DNA of 64,000 nt from Burkholderiales bacterium (GTDB taxonomy: Bacteria > Pseudomonadota > Gammaproteobacteria > Burkholderiales > JBEEJL01): NCBI GenBank assembly GCA_049695115.1, contig JBAVRP010000040.1, positions 10,040-74,039 on the forward strand. Reading direction: 5' to 3'. The translations under genes and the position numbers were made by a program. Under the pieces are notes generated by a model. The model saw only the letters and a list, made by a program, of their open reading frames with translations, ran no database searches and was not told the DNA's origin. Positions within the stretch are counted from its first letter, which is position 1. Each line of letters opens with the position of its first letter. Shown in pieces: positions 38,788 to 47,102 of this stretch.

Positions 38788-40033
38788 TCATTCCAGCCGC
38801 CACTGTATGATTAGTCGCTTCATCAATCACAATAAACGAACCGGTTGCACGATTATTTTTATACGCGTCAATCATTAGCGGCTTTTGCACTTTGAGTTGC
38901 ACTTGTGCGATGTCATTCAGTTTCAAATTTTCTGGCGCTTCTTTATGCTCAAGAGAATTGACGTCGAGCAAAAAATCCAATTGCGTGAACACCGCTTTCA
39001 CTGTTTGCGTCGTATGTTTAATTAAGTATTTACGCCGCGTATCCAGCGGTGCGTTGTCCATCCAGCACAACATCGCGGCGAATTCTTTGCTCACACGTGG
39101 CTGCGTATCGGCATGCACCAGCATGTCGCCGCGCGAAATATCGATTTCATTTTCCAGCAACAATGTGATTGATTGCGGCGCGTGAGCGGATTTGAGTGAA
39201 CCGCTTAACGTGACAATATCTTTTACTTTTGTTGTGTTGCCCGAGGGCAAAACGGTAATCGTCTCGCCAACGCTCACGCTGCCCGACTCGATACGGCCCA
39301 TGTAACCACGGAAATCGTGCAAGCCGGGCAGTTGCGGACGGCTGACTAGTTGCACCGGAAAACGTAACGACGGCGACAAGGTTTCAGCGACGCGACTGGT
39401 CTCTAGTAAGTCGAGCAGCGTAGGACCCTGATACCAATTTAGATTTTCACCACGATCGACCACCATGTCACCATTCAACGCGGACATCGGCACAAAATAC
39501 ATATGCGGAATGCCGAGGCGCGCACAAAACGCACTGAAGTCTTTGCGTATCTTGTCGAACACGGGTTCGGAGTATTCGACCAAATCCATTTTGTTTACCG
39601 CGACCACAACGTGCGGTACTTTGAGCAGTGACGCGAGAATCGCGTGACGACGCGATTGCTGCAACACGCCTTTGCGCGCGTCGATCAGAATAATCGTCAG
39701 GTCGGCCGTCGAGGCGCCGGTGACCATATTGCGCGTGTATTGCTCGTGTCCCGGCGTATCGGCGATGATGAATTTGCGTTTCGGTGTGGAGAAATAACGA
39801 TACGCGACGTCGATGGTGATACCCTGCTCGCGCTCGGCGATCAAACCGTCGGTGAGCAGCGCGAGGTCCAAACCTTCGCCGCCGCGTTTTGCTGTCGTGC
39901 GCTCGACGGCAGCGAGCTGATCTTCAAATATTGATTTCGCGTCGTACAACAAGCGGCCGATCAAAGTGCTCTTGCCGTCGTCGACCGAACCGGCTGTGGT
40001 GAAGCGCAATAATTCTATGTTGTCGGCCTTCAT
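38777..40033 (-). CDS. cysN: sulfate adenylyltransferase subunit 1 (GTPase), no APS-kinase domain
   Basis: 418 aa with LRFTTAGSVDDGKSTLIGRLL (G1), DTPGHEQY and NKMD motifs. It ends without a CysC-type extension. Confidence 0.95.
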   Translation of the reverse strand: MKADNIELLRFTTAGSVDDGKSTLIGRLLYDAKSIFEDQLAAVERTTAKRGGEGLDLALLTDGLIAEREQGITIDVAYRYFSTPKRKFIIADTPGHEQYTRNMVTGASTADLTIILIDARKGVLQQSRRHAILASLLKVPHVVVAVNKMDLVEYSEPVFDKIRKDFSAFCARLGIPHMYFVPMSALNGDMVVDRGENLNWYQGPTLLDLLETSRVAETLSPSLRFPVQLVSRPQLPGLHDFRGYMGRIESGSVSVGETITVLPSGNTTKVKDIVTLSGSLKSAHAPQSITLLLENEIDISRGDMLVHADTQPRVSKEFAAMLCWMDNAPLDTRRKYLIKHTTQTVKAVFTQLDFLLDVNSLEHKEAPENLKLNDIAQVQLKVQKPLMIDAYKNNRATGSFIVIDEATNHTVAAGMITI

Positions 40034-40992
40034 TAGAAGTAACCTTCTTTTTTGCGCAATTCCATTGAGGCATCGGAAGTCTGGTCGTCCATGCGCGTCG
40101 CGCCGCGCTCGGTGATACGCGTCAACATGGTCTCGCGAATAATTTCATCCACGCTGTCTGCGCCCGATTCCACCGGGCAGGTGCAAGTGATGTCGCCGAC
40201 GGTGCGGAAACGTACGGATTTGGTGATCACTTTTTCGCCCTCTTTCGGCGGCGTGAGATGCGTGACCGGAACCAACGCCGCACCGCGCTGAATCACGTCG
40301 CGCTTATGCGCGTAATAAATGTTCGGCACTTCGAGTTCCTCGCGCTCGATATATTGCCATACGTCCAACTCGGTCCAATTGCTGATCGGGAACACGCGCA
40401 TGTTCTCGCCTTTGTTCACGCGCGTGTTGTACTGATTCCATAATTCCGGCCGCTGGTTTTTCGGATCCCATTGTCCGCAATCGTCGCGGAAAGAAAAGAT
40501 GCGTTCCTTGGCGCGGGCTTTTTCTTCGTCGCGCCGGGCGCCGCCGAAGCAGGCGTCGAATTCAAATTCCGCAATCGCATCGAGCAAGGTCATGCTTTGA
40601 TACACATTGCGGCCTTCGTCGGCATGTTTGAGCTTGACACGACCGGTATCGATCGAGGTTTGCACCGAGCGCACGATTATGCGTTCGCCCAATTCTTTTA
40701 CCCGCGCATCACGAAAGGCGATCACTTCGGGAAAATTATGTTCGGTATCGATATGCAACAACGGAAAAGGAAACTTACCCGGACGAAAGGCTTTTTCCGC
40801 CAGACGCAGCAACACAATGGAATCTTTGCCGCCGGAAAAAAGTAACACCGGGTTGCGACATTCCGCCGCTACTTCACGCATGATGTGAATCGCTTCCGAC
40901 TCCAGCCAGTCGAGATGCGACAGGCGTTGCGATTTCATACGCGCGTTATCTGTCGCAGAGTTGATTTGTTCTATGGTCAATGGTTTATTCAT
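40033..40992 (-). CDS. cysD: sulfate adenylyltransferase subunit 2
   Basis: 319 aa with the PAPS_reduct fold block LLFSGGKDSIVLL. TAATG overlap with cysN. Confidence 0.95.
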   Translation of the reverse strand: MNKPLTIEQINSATDNARMKSQRLSHLDWLESEAIHIMREVAAECRNPVLLFSGGKDSIVLLRLAEKAFRPGKFPFPLLHIDTEHNFPEVIAFRDARVKELGERIIVRSVQTSIDTGRVKLKHADEGRNVYQSMTLLDAIAEFEFDACFGGARRDEEKARAKERIFSFRDDCGQWDPKNQRPELWNQYNTRVNKGENMRVFPISNWTELDVWQYIEREELEVPNIYYAHKRDVIQRGAALVPVTHLTPPKEGEKVITKSVRFRTVGDITCTCPVESGADSVDEIIRETMLTRITERGATRMDDQTSDASMELRKKEGYF

Positions 40993-41016
40993 AAGTATTT
41001 GATTAAAATAAATAAT

Positions 41017-41709
41017 TTAAGCTGTCTGCTTGGCGTGCAAACCGCACTCTTTTTGCTGCGCATCTTCCCACCACCAACGTCCAGCGCGCACATCCTCGCC
41101 GGGCTGAATCGCGCGCGTACACGGTGCGCAACCGATACTGGGATAAGATTTATCGTGTAAGGCGTTGTACGGCACGTTAAATTGCTTGATGTAATCCCAC
41201 ACGTCTTGTTCAGTCCAATCGATGAGCGGATTAAATTTTTGCAAGCCGTTGTCTTTATCGAATTCACTGTCGCCTAAATCCTTGCGCGTCGGCGCCTGCT
41301 CGCGCCGCAGGCCGGTGATCCAGGCATTTTTGCCTGCCAGCGCGCGCTTGAGCGGCTCAACTTTGCGCACATGGCAGCAATCTTTGCGCTGCGCCTGGCT
41401 GTCGTAAAAACCGTTGATGCCGTTCAACTTTACATATTGTTCGACTCCGGCCGTATCGGGAAAATAAATTTTGATTTTTCGTTTGTAATGAAAGGTTGTT
41501 TGTGCCATCAGCTCATAGGTTTCCTGCGGCAAACGGCCGGTGTCGAGAGAAAATACTTCGATAGCCGGAAAATTTTTCGCAATCAAATCCGTCAGCACCA
41601 TATCTTCCGCGCCGTAGCTGTTGGCGAACGTCGCGGGCGCAAATTCACCGGCAATACTGTCGAGCAGTTTGTTGGCGAGAGATATTTTCTGGTTCAGTGA
41701 AGTAAACAT
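41017..41709 (-). CDS. cysH: adenylyl-sulfate (APS) reductase, thioredoxin-dependent, Fe-S type
   Basis: 230 aa with the CC pair (RKDCCHVRKVEPL) and CxxC (SIGCAPCT) that bind the 4Fe-4S cluster in bacterial assimilatory APS reductases. The C-terminal KECGLH is also present. Confidence 0.9.
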   Translation of the reverse strand: MFTSLNQKISLANKLLDSIAGEFAPATFANSYGAEDMVLTDLIAKNFPAIEVFSLDTGRLPQETYELMAQTTFHYKRKIKIYFPDTAGVEQYVKLNGINGFYDSQAQRKDCCHVRKVEPLKRALAGKNAWITGLRREQAPTRKDLGDSEFDKDNGLQKFNPLIDWTEQDVWDYIKQFNVPYNALHDKSYPSIGCAPCTRAIQPGEDVRAGRWWWEDAQQKECGLHAKQTA

Positions 41710-41723
41710 TGGAAAGTTTTCTG

Positions 41724-42224
41724 TTATCGTCTGCGAAACAAAGGCTGCGGCTGCTCCACAGACACTTGATATGTTTCGGAAAAATCATCCAATGCTTTCA
41801 ATGCATCCTGAATATTTTTATCTTCACGTACGGCAAACGCGTTAAAGCCGCAACGCTGCATGTAAAACAGTTGGTCGCACAGCACATCGCCGATGGCGCG
41901 CAATTCGCCGGCAAATTTATAACGCTCGCGCAGCAAGCGCGCGATGGAGTAACCGCGGCCATCAGTGAATTGCGGGAAATCCACGGCTATAACAGTCAAC
42001 TTATCGAGGTCAGTTGCGATATTTTCCGGCTCATCATTCGGCGCCAGCCACACGCCGAACTTACTTTTGTGTGTGAGCAAGGCTTCGCGTTGTGCTTGCC
42101 ATAAGGCCAGCGGCACAATCAGATCGCCTTGCGCAGGCAATTCCGGCAACGCGCCATCGCTGGCCGGGCGCAGTAATTGCCAAGTATCGTCGATGATGGC
42201 ACGATCTTTAATCAACCTAGGCAT
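41724..42224 (-). CDS. DUF934 family protein (unknown function, sulfite-reductase-associated)
   Basis: 166 aa with the block IAVDFPQFTDGRGYSIARLLRERYKFAGELRAIGDVLCDQLFYMQRCGFNAF, typical of DUF934 as I remember it. It overlaps the cysI stop by 8 nt. Confidence 0.8.
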   Translation of the reverse strand: MPRLIKDRAIIDDTWQLLRPASDGALPELPAQGDLIVPLALWQAQREALLTHKSKFGVWLAPNDEPENIATDLDKLTVIAVDFPQFTDGRGYSIARLLRERYKFAGELRAIGDVLCDQLFYMQRCGFNAFAVREDKNIQDALKALDDFSETYQVSVEQPQPLFRRR

Positions 42225-43899
42225 CTACAGTTTCCTCCAGATGTTTTTTGCTGGTGTAGACGCGCGCTTTGAACGGCTCGAGGCCGACGCGACGCGATGT
42301 ATCCAGAAACGATTCGTCCTCAAAGCGTTGCTCGATATACACCTGGATAATTTTTTCAATCACGTCGGGCATTTCGTCTTGCGCGAAACTGGGGCCGATA
42401 ACTTTGCCGAGAGATGCCGTCATGCCCTGCGAGCCGCCGATGGAAACTTGATACCACTCGGAACCGTTTTTATCCACACCGAGAATGCCGATTTGCCCGA
42501 CATGATGATGGCCGCAGGCATTCATGCAACCGGAAATATTCAGTTCGATGTCGCCGATGTCATGTAAATAATCCAGGTCGTCGAAACGGCGCTGAATCGC
42601 TTCGGCAATCGGAATAGATTTCGCGTTGGCGAGAGAACAAAAATCACCGCCAGGGCAGCAGATGATGTCGGTGAGCAAGCCGATGTTGGGCGTGGCGAAA
42701 CCGATTTGTTTGGCGCGTTCCCACAGCGTAAATAAATCCGCTTGCTTCACGTCGGCGAGAATTAAATTCTGTTCATGCGAAATGCGCACTTCGCCAAAAC
42801 TGAATTCGTCGGCGAAATCGGCGACGGCGTCGAGTTGTTTATCTGTCGCATCTCCGGGCGCAACGCCGGTTGGCTTTAATGACAGCGTGACTGCGGCGTA
42901 ACCGGCAACTTTGTGCTGGAAAACATTACGCTTGGTCCAATTAGAAAACCCTTTGATTTCATTGAATTTTTTATTATATTCAGAATCGTCGCTGGAAAAT
43001 TTTTCGTGGCTTGGCGCAGTAAAAAATTTTTCCATGCGCGCAAATTCGGCTGCAGTTATCGTCGTCGGACCATCTTTAATGTGCGTCCATTCTGCTTCGA
43101 CTTTTTTGGCGAAATTTTCCGGCCTCATTTCTTTGACCAGAATTTTGATGCGCGCCTTGTATTTGTTATCGCGCCGTCCGTAGCGGTTATACACACGCAA
43201 AATTGCATCGAGGTAAGTAAGCAAATGTTCGCGCGACAAAAATTCGCGAATCACATGGCCGATTATTGGCGTGCGGCCCAAGCCGCCACCGACCAGAATA
43301 CGAAAACCGATTTCACCTTGCTCATTGCGCACGGCGTGTACGCCAATGTCGTGCACCAGCGTCCCCGCGCGATCTTCGACCGAACCGCTGACGGCAATTT
43401 TGAATTTGCGCGGCAGGTAAGCAAACTCAGGATGAAACGTGCTCCATTGGCGAATCAATTCACAATACGGGCGCGGGTCGATGAGTTCATCAAACGCGAC
43501 ACCGGCAAACTGATCGCTGGTCGTATTGCGAATGCAGTTGCCACTGGTTTGAATCGCGTGCATTTCGACGCTGGCGAGTTCAGCGAGAATATCCGGTACG
43601 CGTTCCAGCGCGGGCCAGTTGAATTGAATATTTTGCCGCGTGGTGAAATGACCGTATCCTTTGTCGTACTCGCGCGCGATGTGTGCCAGCTTGCGCACTT
43701 GTTTACTCGACAACAGCCCATACGGCACGGCGATACGCAACATCGGCGCGTAACGCTGAATGTATAAACCATTCTGCAAACGCAACGGACGGAACTCGTC
43801 TTCGCTCAACTCGCCGGCAAGAAAACGCCGCGTCTGGTCGCGGAACTGCGCCACCCGCTCGTCAACAATTTTCTGGTCGTATTGGTCGTAGATATACAT
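42217..43899 (-). CDS. cysI: assimilatory sulfite reductase hemoprotein (siroheme/4Fe-4S, NirA/SirA/CysI family)
   Basis: 560 aa with Fe-S/siroheme ligands in the CPGGDFCSLA and NISGCMNACGHHHVG blocks. It shows a duplicated NIR_SIR architecture. Confidence 0.9.
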   Translation of the reverse strand: MYIYDQYDQKIVDERVAQFRDQTRRFLAGELSEDEFRPLRLQNGLYIQRYAPMLRIAVPYGLLSSKQVRKLAHIAREYDKGYGHFTTRQNIQFNWPALERVPDILAELASVEMHAIQTSGNCIRNTTSDQFAGVAFDELIDPRPYCELIRQWSTFHPEFAYLPRKFKIAVSGSVEDRAGTLVHDIGVHAVRNEQGEIGFRILVGGGLGRTPIIGHVIREFLSREHLLTYLDAILRVYNRYGRRDNKYKARIKILVKEMRPENFAKKVEAEWTHIKDGPTTITAAEFARMEKFFTAPSHEKFSSDDSEYNKKFNEIKGFSNWTKRNVFQHKVAGYAAVTLSLKPTGVAPGDATDKQLDAVADFADEFSFGEVRISHEQNLILADVKQADLFTLWERAKQIGFATPNIGLLTDIICCPGGDFCSLANAKSIPIAEAIQRRFDDLDYLHDIGDIELNISGCMNACGHHHVGQIGILGVDKNGSEWYQVSIGGSQGMTASLGKVIGPSFAQDEMPDVIEKIIQVYIEQRFEDESFLDTSRRVGLEPFKARVYTSKKHLEETVDA

Positions 43900-43902
43900 A
43901 AC

Positions 43903-44682
43903 TTAAAATACGAACTTTCCTCCAATAATTAATAGCATGGTGGCCAGGGCCGTACGTAGCCATTTTTCCGGTACGTGCGAGGAGAGATGACTGCCGATCC
44001 AGATACCGGGCAGCGAACCGACTAACAAACTTCCGAGCAGTATCCAGTTCACCGTGCCGATGGCGGCGTGGCCGAGGCCTGCCACCAACGTCAGCGGCAC
44101 GGCGTGGGCGATGTCGGTGCCGACGATATGCGTGGCTTTTAGTTTTGGATAAAGAAAAAACAGCGCGACGGTGCCGAGCGCGCCCGCTCCGATAGATGAA
44201 ATCGTCACCAACACCCCGAGCACCACGCCGGTGAAAATCGTAATAGGCACAATATGATTCTCACGCCAGCCGGGCTTGGCTGCAGCATCGTGCGCCGCAT
44301 ATTGCGCCAGGCGCGCACGGAAAATAATCGCGCCGGCGGTGAGTATCAACGCGATGCCGAGCGATGATGTGATCAACGAATTGAATTCACTCGCGCCCGT
44401 TCCGAGCGAATGTAAAAATGCGGTCGTCGCAATCGAAGCCGGCACGCTGCCAGCGGCAAGTAAGGAAACAATATTCCAACGCACCGTGCCGCGACGGCTG
44501 TGCGCGATTGAGCCGCCCATTTTTGTGAATGCGGCGTAAAGCAAATCAGTTCCGACCGCGATAGCAGGCGCGAAGCCGAACACCAACACCAGCAACGGCG
44601 TCATCAAAGAGCCGCCACCAACGCCGGTGAGACCGACGATCATGCCAACCACTAATCCGCTAAGAGGGTACAACCAGTCCAT
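43903..44682 (-). CDS. TauE/SafE (TSUP, DUF81) family membrane transporter
   Basis: 259 aa with about 8 hydrophobic segments and the repeated VGGGSLMTP / IGAGALG motifs typical of the TSUP family. It is the first gene of the cys operon, 3 nt before cysI. Confidence 0.85.
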   Translation of the reverse strand: MDWLYPLSGLVVGMIVGLTGVGGGSLMTPLLVLVFGFAPAIAVGTDLLYAAFTKMGGSIAHSRRGTVRWNIVSLLAAGSVPASIATTAFLHSLGTGASEFNSLITSSLGIALILTAGAIIFRARLAQYAAHDAAAKPGWRENHIVPITIFTGVVLGVLVTISSIGAGALGTVALFFLYPKLKATHIVGTDIAHAVPLTLVAGLGHAAIGTVNWILLGSLLVGSLPGIWIGSHLSSHVPEKWLRTALATMLLIIGGKFVF

Positions 44683-44789
44683 GTCACGACGCCTACTATA
44701 TAGAGGACGGATAGTAGGTAATTACCCTTAGACTGTAAAAGAATATTATGTTAGAGTTTAATAACTAAATAGAATTTAGTAAATTATTT

Positions 44790-44807
44790 AATATAATCAA
44801 TTTGTTA
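44790..44807 (-). promoter_or_regulatory. AT-rich box copy (TAACAAATTGATTATATT) upstream of the cys operon
   Basis: About 107 nt upstream of the TSUP gene ATG. It is a variant with 3 substitutions. Confidence 0.4.
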
Positions 44808-44876
44808 TTGAATGGTAAACGCAAAAAAATAGACGGGATGCAAGAAATGATAGGGTGAATCGCCTCCCTTCTGCGC

Positions 44877-45004
44877 CGCCGCTATTTTCGCTGCCTATCG
44901 GGGGCCGTCGGCGAGAACCTGTTTGAGCTACGCGGTATTTCAGATTTGAATTGAAGGTTAGAGCGAGTTTTCTCGCCGCTCGATAGGCAGCGAAAATAGC
45001 GGCG
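44877..45004. repeat. long imperfect palindrome (128 nt) of unknown nature
   Basis: The outer stem is a perfect 24 bp (CGCCGCTATTTTCGCTGCCTATCG / CGATAGGCAGCGAAAATAGCGGCG). The inner 9-bp stem is CGGCGAGAA/TTCTCGCCG, with a loop of about 50 nt. There is one copy in the window. Confidence 0.6.
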
Positions 45005-45051
45005 ACAAAAAAACAAAACAAAAAGCGGCGCGGAGGGCTCGCCTTCTTTTG

Positions 45052-45083
45052 GTTACTTTTCTTGGCGAAGCAAGAAAAGTAAC
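45052..45083. repeat. 13-bp perfect hairpin GTTACTTTTCTTG-GCGAAG-CAAGAAAAGTAAC
   Basis: Read directly from the sequence. No flanking T-run is present, so it is not an obvious terminator. Confidence 0.5.
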
Positions 45084-45155
45084 TAGCCGTCGGGCTACCC
45101 CCGGCAAAGTTATTCAGAGCACACCAGTAACAGATTTGTTGTGAGCAACTTAAAA

Positions 45156-45191
45156 CCCATCCCCACCCTAACCCTCCCCTTGAAGGGGAGG
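45156..45191 (+). repeat. repeat CCCATCCCCACCC..CCCTCCCCTTGAAGGGGAGG (copy 1)
   Basis: Near-identical to 54951..54987 and contains the CCCTCCCC/GGGGAGGG hairpin. Confidence 0.65.
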
Positions 45192-45262
45192 AAATTTCAT
45201 TAAGATGCTTGTCTTCGAATGAATGGTCAAAAAGTTTTGCCGTAAATATTTAGGGACCAGCA

Positions 45263-46203
45263 TGAAACTCCAACAACTCAAATACGCGCTCGAAGTACAA
45301 CGTCGCAATCTCAATCTCTCCGATGCCGCCGAAGCGCTGCATACCTCGCAACCCGGCATCAGCAAACAAATCAAATTGCTGGAAGAAGAATTGGGCGTAG
45401 ATATTTTCGTGCGTAACGGCAAACGCGTGGTTGATGTGACGGAAGCGGGTAAACAAATTCTCACCTACGCCGCGCGCGTGTTGCACGAAGCGGAGAATCT
45501 CAAACAATCCAGCCGCGATTTCAGTTCGGATAAATCCGGCAACTTCACTATCGCCACCACGCACACACAAGCGCGCTATGTGTTGCCGCCGGTGATCAAA
45601 ACCTTCACGCAAAAATATCCTGATGTGCGACTCAACTTGCATCAAGGTAACCCGACGCAAGTGGCGGAAGAAGTCGTCGCCGGTCGCGCCGACATCGCCA
45701 TCGCTACTGAAGGCATGGAACTCTACAACGACCTCATCATGTTGCCGTGCTATCGCTGGAATCGCTGCGTCGTCGCGCCGCCGGATCATCCCGTGTTGAA
45801 AAAATCGCCGCTGACATTGGAAGCCTTGGCGAAATTCCCGCTCATCACTTACGACTTCGCCTTCACCGGCCGCAGTAAAATCAACCAAGCCTTCGAAGCG
45901 CGCGGACTCACGCCCAACGTCGTCCTTACCGCGCTCGATTCCGATGTGATAAAAACTTATGTTGAATTAGGTTTAGGTGTCGGCATCTTAGCCGCAATGG
46001 CATTCGAACCCGCGCGCGATGTGAACTTGCGCGTGGTCAATGCCGATCATTTATTTGAATCCAGTTTGACCCGAATAGGCATAAGGCGCGGCAGTTATAT
46101 GCGCAAGTATGTATATGATTTTATAGAATTATTTTCACCGCAATTGAACAAAAAAACGGTTGAAGCGGCGATGGCGGGAACGGGGTCGGATTATGAGTTG
46201 TGA
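45263..46203 (+). CDS. cysB: LysR-family regulator CysB/Cbl type
   Basis: MKLQQLKYALEVQRRNLNLSDAAEALHTSQPGISKQIKLLEEELGVDIF aligns closely with the CysB N-terminus. It is divergent from the cys operon. I chose ATG 45263. Confidence 0.9.
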
Positions 46204-46247
46204 TTGAAAAACACTTCGGGCAAACCATAATTGCAAATTAAAACCGC

Positions 46248-46267
46248 GTAGGGTGCGCCGCGCGCAC
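46248..46267 (+). repeat. REP flanking the RAYT gene (GTAGGGTGCGCCGCGCGCAC)
   Basis: GTAG head plus a GC hairpin. It lies 17 nt beyond the RAYT stop and is in inverted orientation relative to 46917..46936. Confidence 0.75.
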
Positions 46268-46283
46268 GCGTAACACTTCTCAT

Positions 46284-46829
46284 TCAATCCACCTCACCAA
46301 AATCACCCTCTTGCATCGCTGAAACATCACCCCAATCTTCCTGATAATGTCCCAACGCAACATGGCGATGAAACGTCGAATGCGACCAATCCTTCACTGC
46401 TTTAACATAACCATGTTTCATCGGATTGTAATGCGCGTAATTCACATGCTTTTCAAAATCATTATCGTCGCGAATTTGGTGTTCCCAAAAACGTCGTTGC
46501 CAGAAACCGGATTCTTTGCGGCGCAGGCTAGAAGCGGTTTGCGCAACGCCGACAAGATGCGACGCTTTTTGCGACGTGAGTCGTTTGATAATCGATAAAC
46601 GTGTGCTGTAATCCGTATCGCCTTCGGGCAAAGTCATTACCAAGTGCATGTGATCGGGCAGCACCACCCACGCTTCAATCTCGAATGGGCGCTCGATGCG
46701 AACCTTTTCGGTCGCTTCGCGTAACGCTGCGAGCGTGTCGGGATGAGTGAGAATTTTTTGCCGTTGGTGCGTGTTGATGGTGAAGAAGAAAATTCCACCT
46801 TTGGCAATTGCTCGACGATAGCGTGTCAT
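46284..46829 (-). CDS. REP-associated tyrosine transposase (RAYT, IS200/IS605 TnpA-like, Y1 HUH)
   Basis: 181 aa with the HUH motif in LPDHMHLVMTL and the catalytic-Tyr region NYAHYNPMKHGY. REP copies flank it on both sides. Confidence 0.85.
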   Translation of the reverse strand: MTRYRRAIAKGGIFFFTINTHQRQKILTHPDTLAALREATEKVRIERPFEIEAWVVLPDHMHLVMTLPEGDTDYSTRLSIIKRLTSQKASHLVGVAQTASSLRRKESGFWQRRFWEHQIRDDNDFEKHVNYAHYNPMKHGYVKAVKDWSHSTFHRHVALGHYQEDWGDVSAMQEGDFGEVD

Positions 46830-46916
46830 TGATAAGCATTCACGTTAATCAGTTGATATTGAGAACGAACGCTTCTCTTCGAAAAATATTTTTGTCATTA
46901 CAACGCGCATCTACGC

Positions 46917-46936
46917 GTGCGCACGGCGCACCGTAC
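46917..46936 (-). repeat. REP flanking the RAYT gene (reverse complement GTACGGTGCGCCGTGCGCAC)
   Basis: It differs at 2 positions from the REP at 46248. It is in inverted orientation, 88 nt upstream of the RAYT start. Confidence 0.7.
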
Positions 46937-47102
46937 AAATACTCTAATAGTTTTCTTTGTGCTTGCTGAATTTAGCGGCCCAACCGTATTCAGCATACAT
47001 TTCGCCAGCCAGACCATCGCTAGCATTCCTTACGCTTACTTTTGGCGCTATCTCGTTTTCCGCATACAAGAGGTCCATATCATCTTCATGTTGTTCCAGC
47101 AT

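Noticed and set aside
44797-45021. A 74-aa minus-strand ORF in the cysB upstream region.
   Set aside because: It lies entirely within the 128-nt palindrome and its flanks. It has no RBS and is an artefact of the repeat.
42913-45888. Antisense ORFs of 284 aa (opposite cysI) and 212 aa (opposite cysB). Similar ones lie opposite argA (15588-16142), rpiA/yggX (17068-17622), gshB (61511-62113) and the ABC-F gene (59097-59919).
   Set aside because: The reasoning is the same. They are shadow ORFs of well-supported genes, with biased composition, no RBS and no family resemblance.
47019-47102. An ATG immediately after the stop of the small ORF (TGA-ATG), which looked like a two-gene toxin-antitoxin-style pair.
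   Set aside because: Careful re-translation gives only 27 codons (MLEQHEDDMDLLYAENEIAPKSKRKEC*). My first, longer reading was a frame error. This is too short and unsupported to call.
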